From Antedon mediterranea (taxonomy: Eukaryota > Animalia > Echinodermata): 64,000 nt of DNA. A program made the position numbers and the translations under genes. The notes beneath the pieces are model-generated. The model saw only the letters and a program-made list of their open reading frames with translations, ran no database searches and had not been told where the DNA came from. The stretch lies in NCBI RefSeq assembly GCF_964355755.1, contig NC_092679.1:8214201-8278200 (forward strand), given 5' to 3'. Below are positions 18,100 through 30,700 of this stretch, piece after piece. Position 1 is the first letter of the stretch, and every line of letters begins with the position of its first letter.

Positions 18100-18740
18100 T
18101 TCTCGGAAAATCATCGCGACGCACTCGGCCATTTTGGTAAATTTTTAAAACGTTATGACGTCATACTTGTATTCATGTGTCAGAGAGCGAACGTCAAAAT
18201 AATCCCACTGAACAAGTGCTCAAATTTTCCAGTTGCATGCGCATATCATAAAAATGACGTAATAGAGTAGCAGTCGACATAGTGGACGTACGTGAAAATG
18301 GAGAAACATGGAGAAATTAAGTCCCTATTTAAGTATTAGTATTTTTTATATTTAATTGTACAGCTCTTATTCTTAATTAAGAGCGCTGTAGCGCTACTAT
18401 AGAGATTACAAGGTCATTACGTCATCATACCTTCACATTCACTGGCACATCAACTTAAATGTCCACTTAACCTAAATGTTCACATAGGCTTATGTCGACA
18501 AGTAACAGTCGACTTACCGACTACGACCCATGTGGATGTGAGCGTCATGTGCACGACGACGTTTACTCAATCTCTAAAAAGTCCCTATTTAGGAGGACGC
18601 CCTCCTCAGTTTAGTTGTGACGATTATTTTTATTTCCGACGACTTTGATACCAAAACAAACGTCAATGCAGATTTGGTCATGATTTTCGTGTTTTACTAC
18701 TTAATTTAAAAAATTCAGAGTAACTAAAGGAGTCTTTGAA
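18100..18740. promoter_or_regulatory. Putative ATG2 proximal promoter within the divergent YeeE/ATG2 intergenic region
   Basis: CpG-richer segment upstream of the ATG2 start with bZIP-type sites ATGACGTCAT (about 18155), ATGACGTAAT (about 18254) and ATTACGTCAT (about 18416). Motif-only evidence. Confidence 0.3.
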
Positions 18741-21700
18741 ATGCCGTGGTTCTTTCCGTGGCCAGATTATATAAAAAAGAAAGCATGTAGGTATCTACTT
18801 CAGCATTATGTTGGAAGTTTTCTTGAAGAGAAGTTGACTCTGGAACAACTCAGTGTAGATTTGTACAATGGAACGGGGACTGTTACTGATGTTCGTCTTG
18901 ATGTTTGGGTACGTTTATTCAAATACTAAACTAACTAGCCTAAGCCTGGTCTAATGCATAAACATTGGCGCTAATGCAGTTTCGTACCCACCCCTTAAAA
19001 TTACTCAAAATGATTTCAATACTTCATCTAGCCTACTCACGAGTTGTCTACAGCATTCAGCAAGCATAAAATGGTAAAATATCGATAATTTCTTATTTAT
19101 AACTATTTTTAATCAATTAATAATTGAGCACCCTTCAGAAATCCATCGCCAGCTTAGCTTCGCGAAAATCATCGCTAGGCCTGCCGATGAAAGTACGGAG
19201 GCCTCATAGGGCATCGATCTATAGAGGACGCTGTTATGATCATATTATGGCGATAATAAAATATTTTTTACATGTTCCTCGTGAAACGGATTTTAAGTTT
19301 TTTTCATAAAGAAATATTTTGTGTTTAATTATGTTGTTAATTTTTAGAAATTCTATTTATTTTGAATGTTGTGTGTTATTGTCTTGTCAAATTATATTTT
19401 TTGTAAGGGTCCCTAATGATCAGCTTCGGCTGGATGGACCACCCTCATAAAATATTGTTGAAATAAATTAATGAATAGTTGCTTCATTATTTAATGTTTT
19501 ATTTGATTTTATTTTAATAAACACAACAGGAAAGAAGATGAAAAAGAAGAAATGAAAGACATGAAATGATCTATTCAGTGTCAGCAGAAGTAAAATAAAT
19601 TCTAGTAATTAATTGATGGAAAACATTTTTATTATAATTATTGTATTACTGTACATTACATTTCAATAAATTATATCTTTCTCTTTTTGTTGCATTTCCT
19701 ATTTCATGTATTTGAAGAGGTCTTTCATAGGTGAATAAAAAATGTTAATTAACAACAGTATACTTCTATAAAATCCTAAAACAGGGACACTATTAGCGTT
19801 TCTAGTATAGCTAGTGATAACAAATACTAAAACAATTAATTCGTCATAGCTTGATTATTGTGTTATAACATTAACAATGTAACTCAGGAATGAAGTACTG
19901 TAATTCTTTTTATTCATTTCATTTATTTATTTGACTTACAAACCATAAGGTAAAATAAATTAAAACAGAGGAAAATTGGTCAGTACTTATATCTTCAAGA
20001 GTCAGCAGTTCCATATTTATCTTCTTTTCTGTGTGAAATTCAACTAGTAAAATGAAAGAACAAATTAAAAACATAACATAATTATGATGATACCCACAAT
20101 GATGAATACAGCAATTGTATAGTATTTCTTTTCTTTATTAAAAATACGAAACGCATGTCGAAAATAATGAAAATTATAATTATTTGGTGCGTGCTTTAAA
20201 CGTTAGTAACTATGCCCTCTATAGAACTCAACTGTTTACTCTATTAATAGAGTTAATGTCCTGTGAGGCCTCCGTACTTTTATCGGCAGGCCTAGCGATG
20301 ATTTTCGCGAAGCTATTAGCTGGCGATGTATTTCTGAAGGGTGCTCAGTATTAATTGATTAAAAATAGTTTTAAATAAAAAATTATCGATTTTTTACAAT
20401 TTTATGATTGCAGAATGTTGTAGACAACTCGTGAGTAGGTTGGATGAAGATTTTGAGTAATTTTAAGGGGTGGGTACGAAACTGCATTAGCGCCTAAACA
20501 TTTAGGGACGACACTTTATTCACCAGATAGTTTGACCTGATAATTATATGAACTATTATTGTGTTGTATTGTAGTTACAGATATGCCTATTAAAGTATTA
20601 TAGGGCTAGGCCCTATAGTATTACTATTAGGCCTAGGCCTAGTAGGCCTATATAAACATGTTTTTAAGTATAAAAAAAGTAAAAAACAGCAAAAAACACC
20701 AACAAAGCTACCCGACCGTGCAAGAGGTCTTTCCCATAAATATAAAGGTATTGACCAAAGCGGCTGCCAATAGATAGAATCTATGAAACGTCAAATTAGT
20801 CGGTACGCCATACACATGTTTGTGGCAGTCTGCATCTCTCTCACCAATCAATGTAGCCTGCACATCATTGTAGTAGTATTAATTAGGTTCTAATATTTTG
20901 TGCCGTTCTAAGTTTATTTATTTGTTCCTGTATTTAAGCGGTCAGTATAAATACCAAAAACAACTGAAAACAAACCGAAAACAAAATAAAATAATCTATG
21001 AATACTGAAAACAAATTTGTGTAATTTTTTTTAATGTCGCCCTCTACTGATGGGTGTTTCTAGGCTAAGACCATGACAGAGAGACTTCCGCATGCGCAAA
21101 AGCCAAGGAAGAACTTTACGAAATGGTAGTGTGCACAAAATACAACTAAAAATCGTACAATCAATCAATGATACCACCGCATTTACTTACAGAATCTATA
21201 AAAATATTTTTATTTTAGTTTTTCGATTTTTGATCCAGAAACCAACTCATGTACTCCTCACATTAATTGTGAATACTACGTTAATCATGATCAATTTAAT
21301 TATAGATTTTCAATGATAAATAAATAAATGATATTTTAAGAATAATGATAATATTAGGGACTATATAAAGTATACTTAAAACAACCTCACGATAAAGGAT
21401 TCACAATAAAATCTATTCAGTAAAATTACCGTAGTCAAGTTATTAAATAACGTTTTATTCAGTATTAACTTAAGTGACGAAAACGCAATGTTAGGTAAAA
21501 TCATGCTTTGTTTTTGAAAATCTAAAGACTAAAAACGAAATGTGTTTATAGATTTAGGTATAGATAGGTAATTAAATGTAGTCTACGTTGTATATCCTAT
21601 CATTGAATTTGTATGATTTTGAGTTGTATTTGTGCACACTGTTAGATATTTGTGGGCTGCGCCCTCTATATACTTATGTATTCAGTTTGTTTGTTCGTCA

Positions 21701-24700
21701 ATAAATTCCTCTTACAACGTGATCGTCGATGTGCTCATTTAATACGTTACATGGTGTCAGAAAGTAGGATATTTTTTCTAGTTTATAGAACGAGGTTAGG
21801 AAAAGGTCAAACTATAAACAAAGGCCAAAACAGTACAATAAAACGTCAGCAAGAAACAATAAATGCACTAAATGCGGCTACGACAACACACATAATAAAT
21901 GCCCAGCTAAAGGCAAAACGTGTGCTGTATGTCATAAGTTGAACTACTTTGCAGCAGTCTGCAGAAAGAAGGGTACCAATCCTAAAGGTGCTCACCAAGT
22001 GGAAGAACAGTACGCAGAAACCGACAGTGACACTGAAAGTCAGGATGAATATCAGCATCTAATCGATGTGATAAATGCTATTGGAAAAACATCTAATAGT
22101 GAATGGCATGAAACCGTGATAGTGGATGGAGAGCCAGTGCGCATACAGATCGACACAGGAGCAGCGGCAAGCATTATGTCATATAGTTGGGTTAAGAATA
22201 AGAAACTCAATCATAAGTTAAAGCCAACTAGCTTAAAACTTCAGTCGTATACCAGTCACGCCTTAGAAGTGAAATGTTGTATAACATTACCAACCACATA
22301 CAAGAAATGTACAGTTGACATAATGTATTATGTTGTGAAAACTGATAAAGTACCAATCTTATCAGGAGCAGCAAGCAAACAACTGCAGCTGATACAGCGT
22401 ATAAACAGCATCAATGACTATCCTCAATTAAGAAAGACAACTGGCACACTACCAGGGAAATATTCACTGAAAATTGACCCTACAGTTAGACCAGTAGTGC
22501 ACGGTCCAAGGAAACAACCACTTGCGTTACAAAAGCAGATAAAGCATAAGTTGGCTGAGATGGAAAAAGATGGACATATCACTAAAATATCAGAGCCCAC
22601 TGACTGGGTCAGTTCTATGGTAGTTGTAGTCAAAGGCGACAAAATAAGAATCTGCTCTGATCCTAAGGATCTAAACAAAGCAATCAGAAGAGAACACTAT
22701 CCAATTCCAACTGTAGAAGAAATAGTCGCTTCAGTAGCAGGGTCAAAGATTTTCTCAGTTATTGACGCAAAGTCTGGATTCCTGCAAATTGAGCTGGACT
22801 ACGAATCTAGTCTGGTGACAACGTTTAACACCCCAATAGGACGGTACCGATGGCTAAGATTACCATTTGGGATAAAGAGTGCACCAGAAATCTTTCAAAA
22901 GATAATGGATAACATGTTAGAGGGAATTGAAGGTGCTAGAGCAGTCATGGACGATATACTAATTGCAGGCAGAGATGAGACACACCACGATGAAATTATG
23001 AGAAAGGTAGTAGACAGAGCTCCCAATTGGAACCTAAAGCTAAACTTTTCAAAATGTCAAGTGAAGAAACACAAAGTCAAATATGTTGGTCATATCTTGT
23101 CAAAAGATGGTCTTCAACCTGATCCAGATAAGATAAAGGCTCTAACTGAGATGCCAAGGCCTCAATCAAAAGAAGAGGTACGAAGATTCCTTGGTATGAT
23201 ACAATACTTGGCAAAATTTATACCTAATCTTAGTGAAGTGGATGCACCACTCAGAAAAGTTACTAGCAAAGATACAGACTTCTACTGGGACAAGCCCCAA
23301 CAACAAAACTTTGACAAGTTACTACAAATGTGCAGCACTACACCTGTGCTAGCTTACTTCGATCAGCGAAAAGAAGTGACCATACAATGTGACGCAAGCA
23401 GCTATGCTATTGGTGTGCTATTGCAAGAAGGACATCCAGTTGCATACACTTCAAGAGCACTAACCCCAACAGAGTGCAGATATGCACAAATAGAAAAAGA
23501 AATGCTGGCAATAGTGCACAGTTGCAAGAAGTTTCATCACTATGTGTTTGGAAACCAAGTAACAATAGAAAGTGACCACAAGCCAGTGCAAGCTATATTC
23601 AAAACCAATACTCTCCGCCCCGATGAGACTTCAAAACATGCTGTTAAGACTACAACCGTATGACCTTAATGTAACATACAGACCAGGCAAAGAAATTGCG
23701 ATCGGTGACGCACTAAGCCGTGCTAACTTACCAGACACAGAACCAGATATCAAACCGATCACAATTAACATGACAGACTACATAGCAGTATCACCAGTCA
23801 GGTATGCTGAATTTCAAAGTTGCACAGCCAAAGAACTAAACGAACTGCACAGCATGATTCTCAAAGGATGGCTAGACACAAAAGAAGAGACACCACATGC
23901 AATTAGGCAATACTGGACTGCAAGAGATGAACTGTCAGTTGCAGATGGAACAGTATACAAAGGAATGCATATTGTCGTTCCACCGAGCATGAGATCAAAC
24001 ATGCTTAACCAAATACATTCATCCCATCAGGGCATAGTAAAATGCAAATAGCGGGCACGTGAATCTCTGTATTGGCCCGGTATGAGCGTACAAGTGGAAG
24101 AATTAGTCAAGGATTGCCAGCTATGCAATACCTATCAAAATCGTCAACACACTGAACCACTTCACTTCAAATCATATAAACTACCAGAATTACCATGGAA
24201 TGAAGTAGCAAGTGATCTCTTTGAGTTTGAACGACAAGACTACATAATAACCATCGATTACTACTCAAAGTACATCGAAGTAGACCATTTGCAGAAAACT
24301 GATAGCTCCATGGTAATAGACAACTTAAAGAAACAATTCAGTCGGCACGGGATACCCGAAAAGATAAGAACAGATAATGGTCCGCAATACTCATCAGCAG
24401 AGTTTACCAAATTCTGCAAAGACTACGATATACAGCACAGCACTTCTTCACCATACTACCCACAATCAAACGGTGAGGTAGAGAGAGCTGTACAGACAGT
24501 AAAACGACTATGGAAGAAGAGCAATGACAAAAATCTAGCCTTGCTAGATTACAGAACAACACCACTAGCAAGCTGTAAATTATCACCCGCTCAATTACTA
24601 ATGGGACGAAGACCACGGAACCTGCTTCCTACAGCCAACACTACTACAGCCAAAGTCATTTGATACAACAGACATCAAGCAACGATTTCAAGCAGACCAG

Positions 24701-27700
24701 AGCAAACAGAAACACTACTATGATCAAAAACATGGCAACTCACTCCCAGTTTTGGCACCAGGAGATTCAGTAAGAATGACACCCCTGCCAGGATCAAAAC
24801 AATGGCAACCAGCAACAGTAATTGAACATCACAATACACCACGATCTTATATAGTAGAACACAATGGAAAGAAATATCGCAGAAACAGAAAAGATCTTAA
24901 AACAGCAACAAGTGCAGCAAACAGATACTTTGAACCAGATCTCACATATGATTATAACACCCATCCAACAACCACCAAGACCAAACAATCATCACCGGAA
25001 ATAACCATTCCCAAACAGAAAACACCAACCAATGCTAAACCTGATACCAACGAACCACCAGCTTACATAACCAGAAGCGGACGCACCAGCAAGCCACCTA
25101 ATCGGTTGGACCTGTAAATATTTTGTTTAAAAAAAAAAAAAGAAAAAAAAAAGAACTCTAAAACATAACAAAAGGACTAAAGAAAGAACAAATTGCAAGA
25201 TATACATTTAATCATAAAATGGAACTTTAAAATATATAATACTGTAGAAGAACTTTATTGAAGCAGTACATAGTTTAACAAATCTGATATCTTAAGCATT
25301 TAAATGATATAAAGTTACTAATCAACATTTTGAACAAATTCAGCTGAGAAAAGAAGATGTTAGATATTTATGGGCTGCGCCCTCTATATACTTATGTATT
25401 CAGTTTGTTTGTTCGTCAATAAATTCCTCTTACAACGTGATCATCGATGTGCTCATTTAATACGTTACACACACTACCATTTTGTAGGGTCTTCATGGGC
25501 TTTTGCACGCGCTGTTTTCTCTCTGCATGGTCTTCTTAGCCTTAGAAACACCCATCAGTAGAGGGCGACATTAAAATAAAATATTATACAAATTTGTTTT
25601 CGGTATTTAGATTTTTTTATTTTGTTTTCGGTTGTTTACAGTTGTTTTCGGTTGTTTATGGTTTTTTTCGGTTGTTTTCAGTTATTTTCGGTTGTTTTCG
25701 GTAATTAGATTTCTTTTTCCATCACATAATACATTACACACTTTGTAAAATTACAGTTCTTCTCTTATATTTACTGTATATTGCTTTTTTTGAACATGCC
25801 TTCTTCAATTTAATTACTTTTCTTTATACCATTTTGTATACTGTTTTAATTTGAAGAAAATAAATGTTACTTTGAATTGAATTGAATTACTTGTTAGTGT
25901 TACACATCTTATTGATACTTTGCCTCTGATATAAAAGAGATACAGTTCACAGAAACAAAAACTTTTTTAAATGACAAAGCACACAATTATGAAATTAAGA
26001 TTTTTCTTATACTTTTTTTTAATGTATACTTGTTAATGTTACACATCTCATTGAGAATGTTCTTGCTTCTGGTATAAAAGAGATATAATGAAGTTCAATT
26101 CACAGAAACAAAAACCAGATAATCTTTTTTTTTGCCCTGTTTCTTTGCTTGCATTTATGCCTTGAATGGAATGATCCTTTCATTGAATGTGCCTTTTTGG
26201 GAATAGTTACACATTCTTTTTATTTATAGATACAAATACAGTATATCATAATATAATAGTCGATGAAGCCCAGGTAGTCTCTGTCATTCTATTCTGTAGG
26301 AGTTACATCTTTGTATTTGTATGTATGTGCACATGTCATTTGGAGTGCGGATAACTAACTCGTCAAGGTGACGAGTTCAAATCTTGTTCAATTTCAAAAG
26401 ACATGCATTGATTGAGCAACAATTGTGTGATTTTCCTATTTGTTTATCATTTTATAGGCCTTAAATGAACTGCTAAACAATTCAAATGCCCCAGTTGAGA
26501 TTCGCAATGGAATAATTGGAAGCATAACAGTATCAATTCCTTGGAAAGCACTACTTACAGCAAACAGCCAGGTAGAAGTTAAAGGGTTAACTATTACACT
26601 ACAACCAAAGTACAGAAGTGAAACAGATGCAGGTATACAATAATAAAATATAAAATAATCAATAATCAATAATCAATACTACTTGCAATTCCTAGCTAAA
26701 ACATTAAGATGTTTGTCTTAAAGCATTTGGAAACACTGTAAACTCAATGTGGAGTAGTATGAGTATGACGAGTAGTATGCAATTAGCACAAGAATGCTGG
26801 AAACAAGACCCATCAGAAGGAGAACAACATGCTGAAAACACCCAACCACTAGAGGGCCTAGAAATGTTTGCACAGACCATTGAATCAGGTATTTCACAAA
26901 GAATGTAATAATAACAGATTGGTATGTTACTGTTTTTTTTTGTATACATAAATAATTTATGATCTTTCCCTCAGTTTTAACTCGAGTGGAAGTGTCTCTG
27001 ACAGACACCTGTGTTAGACTGGAACATTTACCTCTTGGGTCATCAACTGGCATTGCAGCAGAAATTAGGATACAAAAGTAAGTGGGATTGTAATATTTTT
27101 TTTATTCAAGCGAGATGTAAGGTATATCTAAATCAATTTGCCTTTTAATTGAATCCATTTAATAAACTAATAGTAATATTCTAGGATCAACTACTTCGAT
27201 GATGTAGCTAAAGACATTACAGACCAAGGGAGTAGTGTGGACCCAGCAATGCCAAAACGATTTGAACCCGCTGCTGTAGCAGTAAAAAATCTACAAATGT
27301 TCGGCCTTGCTGTTCATTGTGAAGAGTTCTCAGAGGAAATAAGAGAACCTTCGTGGAGAACAAACGAGTCTGTTCAACCACCAACACCAGACAGCAGCCC
27401 ACCATTTAAATCTCTAGCTACATCTCCTCCAATGCCACCACAGCATCAACAGATCCACAGAGGAATAACTGTAAAACAACCTAAACGTGCCAAACTGATG
27501 CTAGAATCAGCACTTATTGGTAGTTGCACTGGTAAGCAGGAACTCAAGATCAAAATTAAACAAAATGAAGCATTAAGTGGACCAAAGGTAAATATCAATC
27601 AATTATATTTCTTTAATACCTTAGTTTCCTCTATACACCTTTTCTGTCACATAAAATCTGGTTCCATTCTGGACATCAAATCTGTATGATTCCATGTTCC

Positions 27701-30700
27701 ACAGATTTTATTTGCTGCCCCCCCTCCTACAATTGAAGAATGCATCAGCTGGTTAGGCAGTCATTACCTTTCTCAATAAAGCTGTGTTTTAACTGTTATT
27801 TTCTGTAACTTCTCATATCATTTTACTCGCGAAAAATCTGTTCTTACACATCCCTCTATAGTAGTATACTCATAGTATATCTGTAATTTATAGTTTGTGA
27901 TTTTTTTGTTTGTTTAGGCTGAAGTGGATTGTTTTTTGGGATCAATGAATTGGTTCTTATCACCAAAGCAAGTTACATTTTTAACAGAGTTCGTAAGTGG
28001 CTTCAGTACTCCAGGCAAGTTTTAAACTAATTGGCAATGATTTTAACATATCTATAATTAACAACTACAGTTTGCCCTGTATTTAAGACCAAATTCTTTA
28101 CTTATGAATAATTATAAATTTAGGTTTTGGAACTTATAATCACATTCGTTTTATAGATGGTGAACAGTAAACTTTACTACTTTTGAGTTTGTAATGTTTG
28201 TAAAAAATACTATTATTTTTTCCATATAGCATCATCGTCTACAAATGTGCAAAATAAACCAATGGAATACGAAGACTACCGAAAAGTAGAGACTGCCCTT
28301 CAAGACCAGATTACACCTAATTACACAGAGAGGATACGTAGAGAATCTTGGGGTATTGATGATGGTTCCCATTTTCTTATGGGACAGTCATTAGGTATGT
28401 CAAATATTAACTGGCTCCACAATTAACCAATTCGTTTTTTAAAAACATTCTGAGAACATACTGTCTTGTTATCCAGTAATAGATATATTTCAGTTATTTA
28501 GTTGATTTTGTCAGAATCTTTATTTTTTTATTCTTTCCTTGAGATCAATTTCATCTAGCTACGTCATTTTTTCAGAGTATATTCCTTATAGCCAGAAATT
28601 GATTTGGTTATCTTTTTACGGTGCGCAATAAAAAATGACGCAGTCTACGCACGATTTAACAAAATCACATTTGTAATCATATCTTCACAAGCATCTATAT
28701 ATAATTTATCTATAAATGGATTGTGATACCGGCTATTGTATTGCAAGATCCTATCTTTCATATATTATAAATAATTAAAGATTCTGACAAAATCAGTCAA
28801 TCAATATATCTTTTAAAAATCAATTATCTATATTTAAATCAATGCATATAACCTGTAATTCGTCATAGTGACGTATTAAATGTAGTTTTTCTTGTGATTA
28901 TCTGAAATTTACACTTTAGTTTCAGAAACAAGTGAAATGTTTTTGTCCATGACCCAAACTGCAATGTCATTATCTACGCAAAGTTTAGATATGGAATCAT
29001 CGTTTAGTAGCAATGTTAGTGCCACCTCTACAGACACCTCTAAAACAGGTTAGAAACATGTACAAGACATATCCATACACTCTTTAACAATGTTGTCATC
29101 AAGTTAGTGCCACCTCTACAGACACCTCTAAAACAGGTTAGAAACATGTACAAGACATATCCATACACTCTTTAACAATGTTGTCATCAAGTTAGTGCCA
29201 CCCCAACAGACACCTCTAAAACAGGTTAGAAACATGTACAAGACATATCCATACACTCTTTAACAATGTTGTCATCAAGTTAGTGCCACCCCTACAGACA
29301 CCTCTAAAACAGGTTAGAAACATGTACAAGTCATATCCATACACTCTTTAACAATGTTGTCATCAAGTTAGTGCCACCTCTACAGACACCTCTAAAACAG
29401 GTTAGAAACATGTACAAGACATATCCATACACTCTTTAACAATGTTGTCATCAAGTTAGTGCCACCTCTACAGACACCTCTAAAACAGGTTAGAAACATG
29501 TACAAGACATATCCATATACTCTTTAACAATGTTGTCATCAAGTTAGTGCCACCTCTACAGACACCTCTAAAACAGGTTAGAAACATGTACAAGACATAT
29601 CCATACACTCTTTAACAATGTTGTCATCAAGTTAGTGCCACCTCTACAGACACCTATAAAACAGGTTAGAAACATGTACAAGACATATCCATACACTCTT
29701 TAACAATGTTGTCATCAAGTTAGTGCCACCCCTACAGACGCCTCTAAAACAGGTTAGAAACATGTACAAGTTTGTTTGATGTTTAGGTTGTAGCAGTTTA
29801 GCAAGGTTAGGCTATGGAGGGCCATACTACAGACCCCAACCAGCTCATCTGTATGGTTCTGTGTCATCCAAGGGAAAGCGCAAGAAAAGAAGTAAGTTTA
29901 CACAAGGAATTACTTTTTTAAATTGTTTTAATTAGGTTTTAGGGAGCGTGTCCAAATGTTTTTACTCCGTTAATAGACGTTTAAATGCGTTAATAATATG
30001 CAAAACGTTAATGAGTTGGGCGGTCTGTACTCAGCAGAGCGTATCATGGTTAATACTGTACAATGAAATTGAATTTAATGCGTACAACGGAAGAACAACG
30101 TCCGTTGTTTTCGTCCGTTAAACGCCGACCTAACAGATCGTTTTTATATTCGTTAAACGCTCATTTAACGGACCCTTGTACTGACAATATCACACCACAC
30201 ATTACAGAGTTCAATACAATAATATCTAATAATAATATGAAGATCGACGGCAATTGCTGTAGAAAGGGCCTTGAAACTGCAGATGATGTTGTGGTAAACC
30301 GTCACTTCGACGGCAAAAAAAAAATGCTGGTAAAACAACCTTACCCAACATTAAATTATCAGCATCTACAATCCCACAATTTTTGTTGAACATTTTCAAC
30401 TTATAGAACATTCCTATAATATACTAATTTTTTGTTTAGCATGCTTGACGTTAATTCCTTTTTTATTTTTTACCCCGTACACTTGACCGAAGAAAAAAAA
30501 TGGCGAAATTGTAAACACAGATAAAACCCCGACTGTCGTATCGATAGTATCAGCATGTATAGCCTTTATGGACGATGGTATGGACCAAACAATATAGAAA
30601 CCGGTCGCCGTCTATCTAGAGCTAAAACATTTACTGACTGTAGCTGCCGCGCGAGTTAAGTGTGTCCAAAAACAGAGGAGGAAACTTTGGGCGATATGAC

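Larger units (their letters stand above)
20947..25710. mobile_element. Foldback/MITE-like element interrupted by the Gypsy insertion
   Basis: Inverted arms AATGTCGCCCTCTACTGATGGGTGTTTCTA (about 21033) and TAGAAACACCCATCAGTAGAGGGCGACATT (about 25543), with CCGAAAACAA-type subterminal repeats; outer ends approximate and no TSD resolved. Confidence 0.6.
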
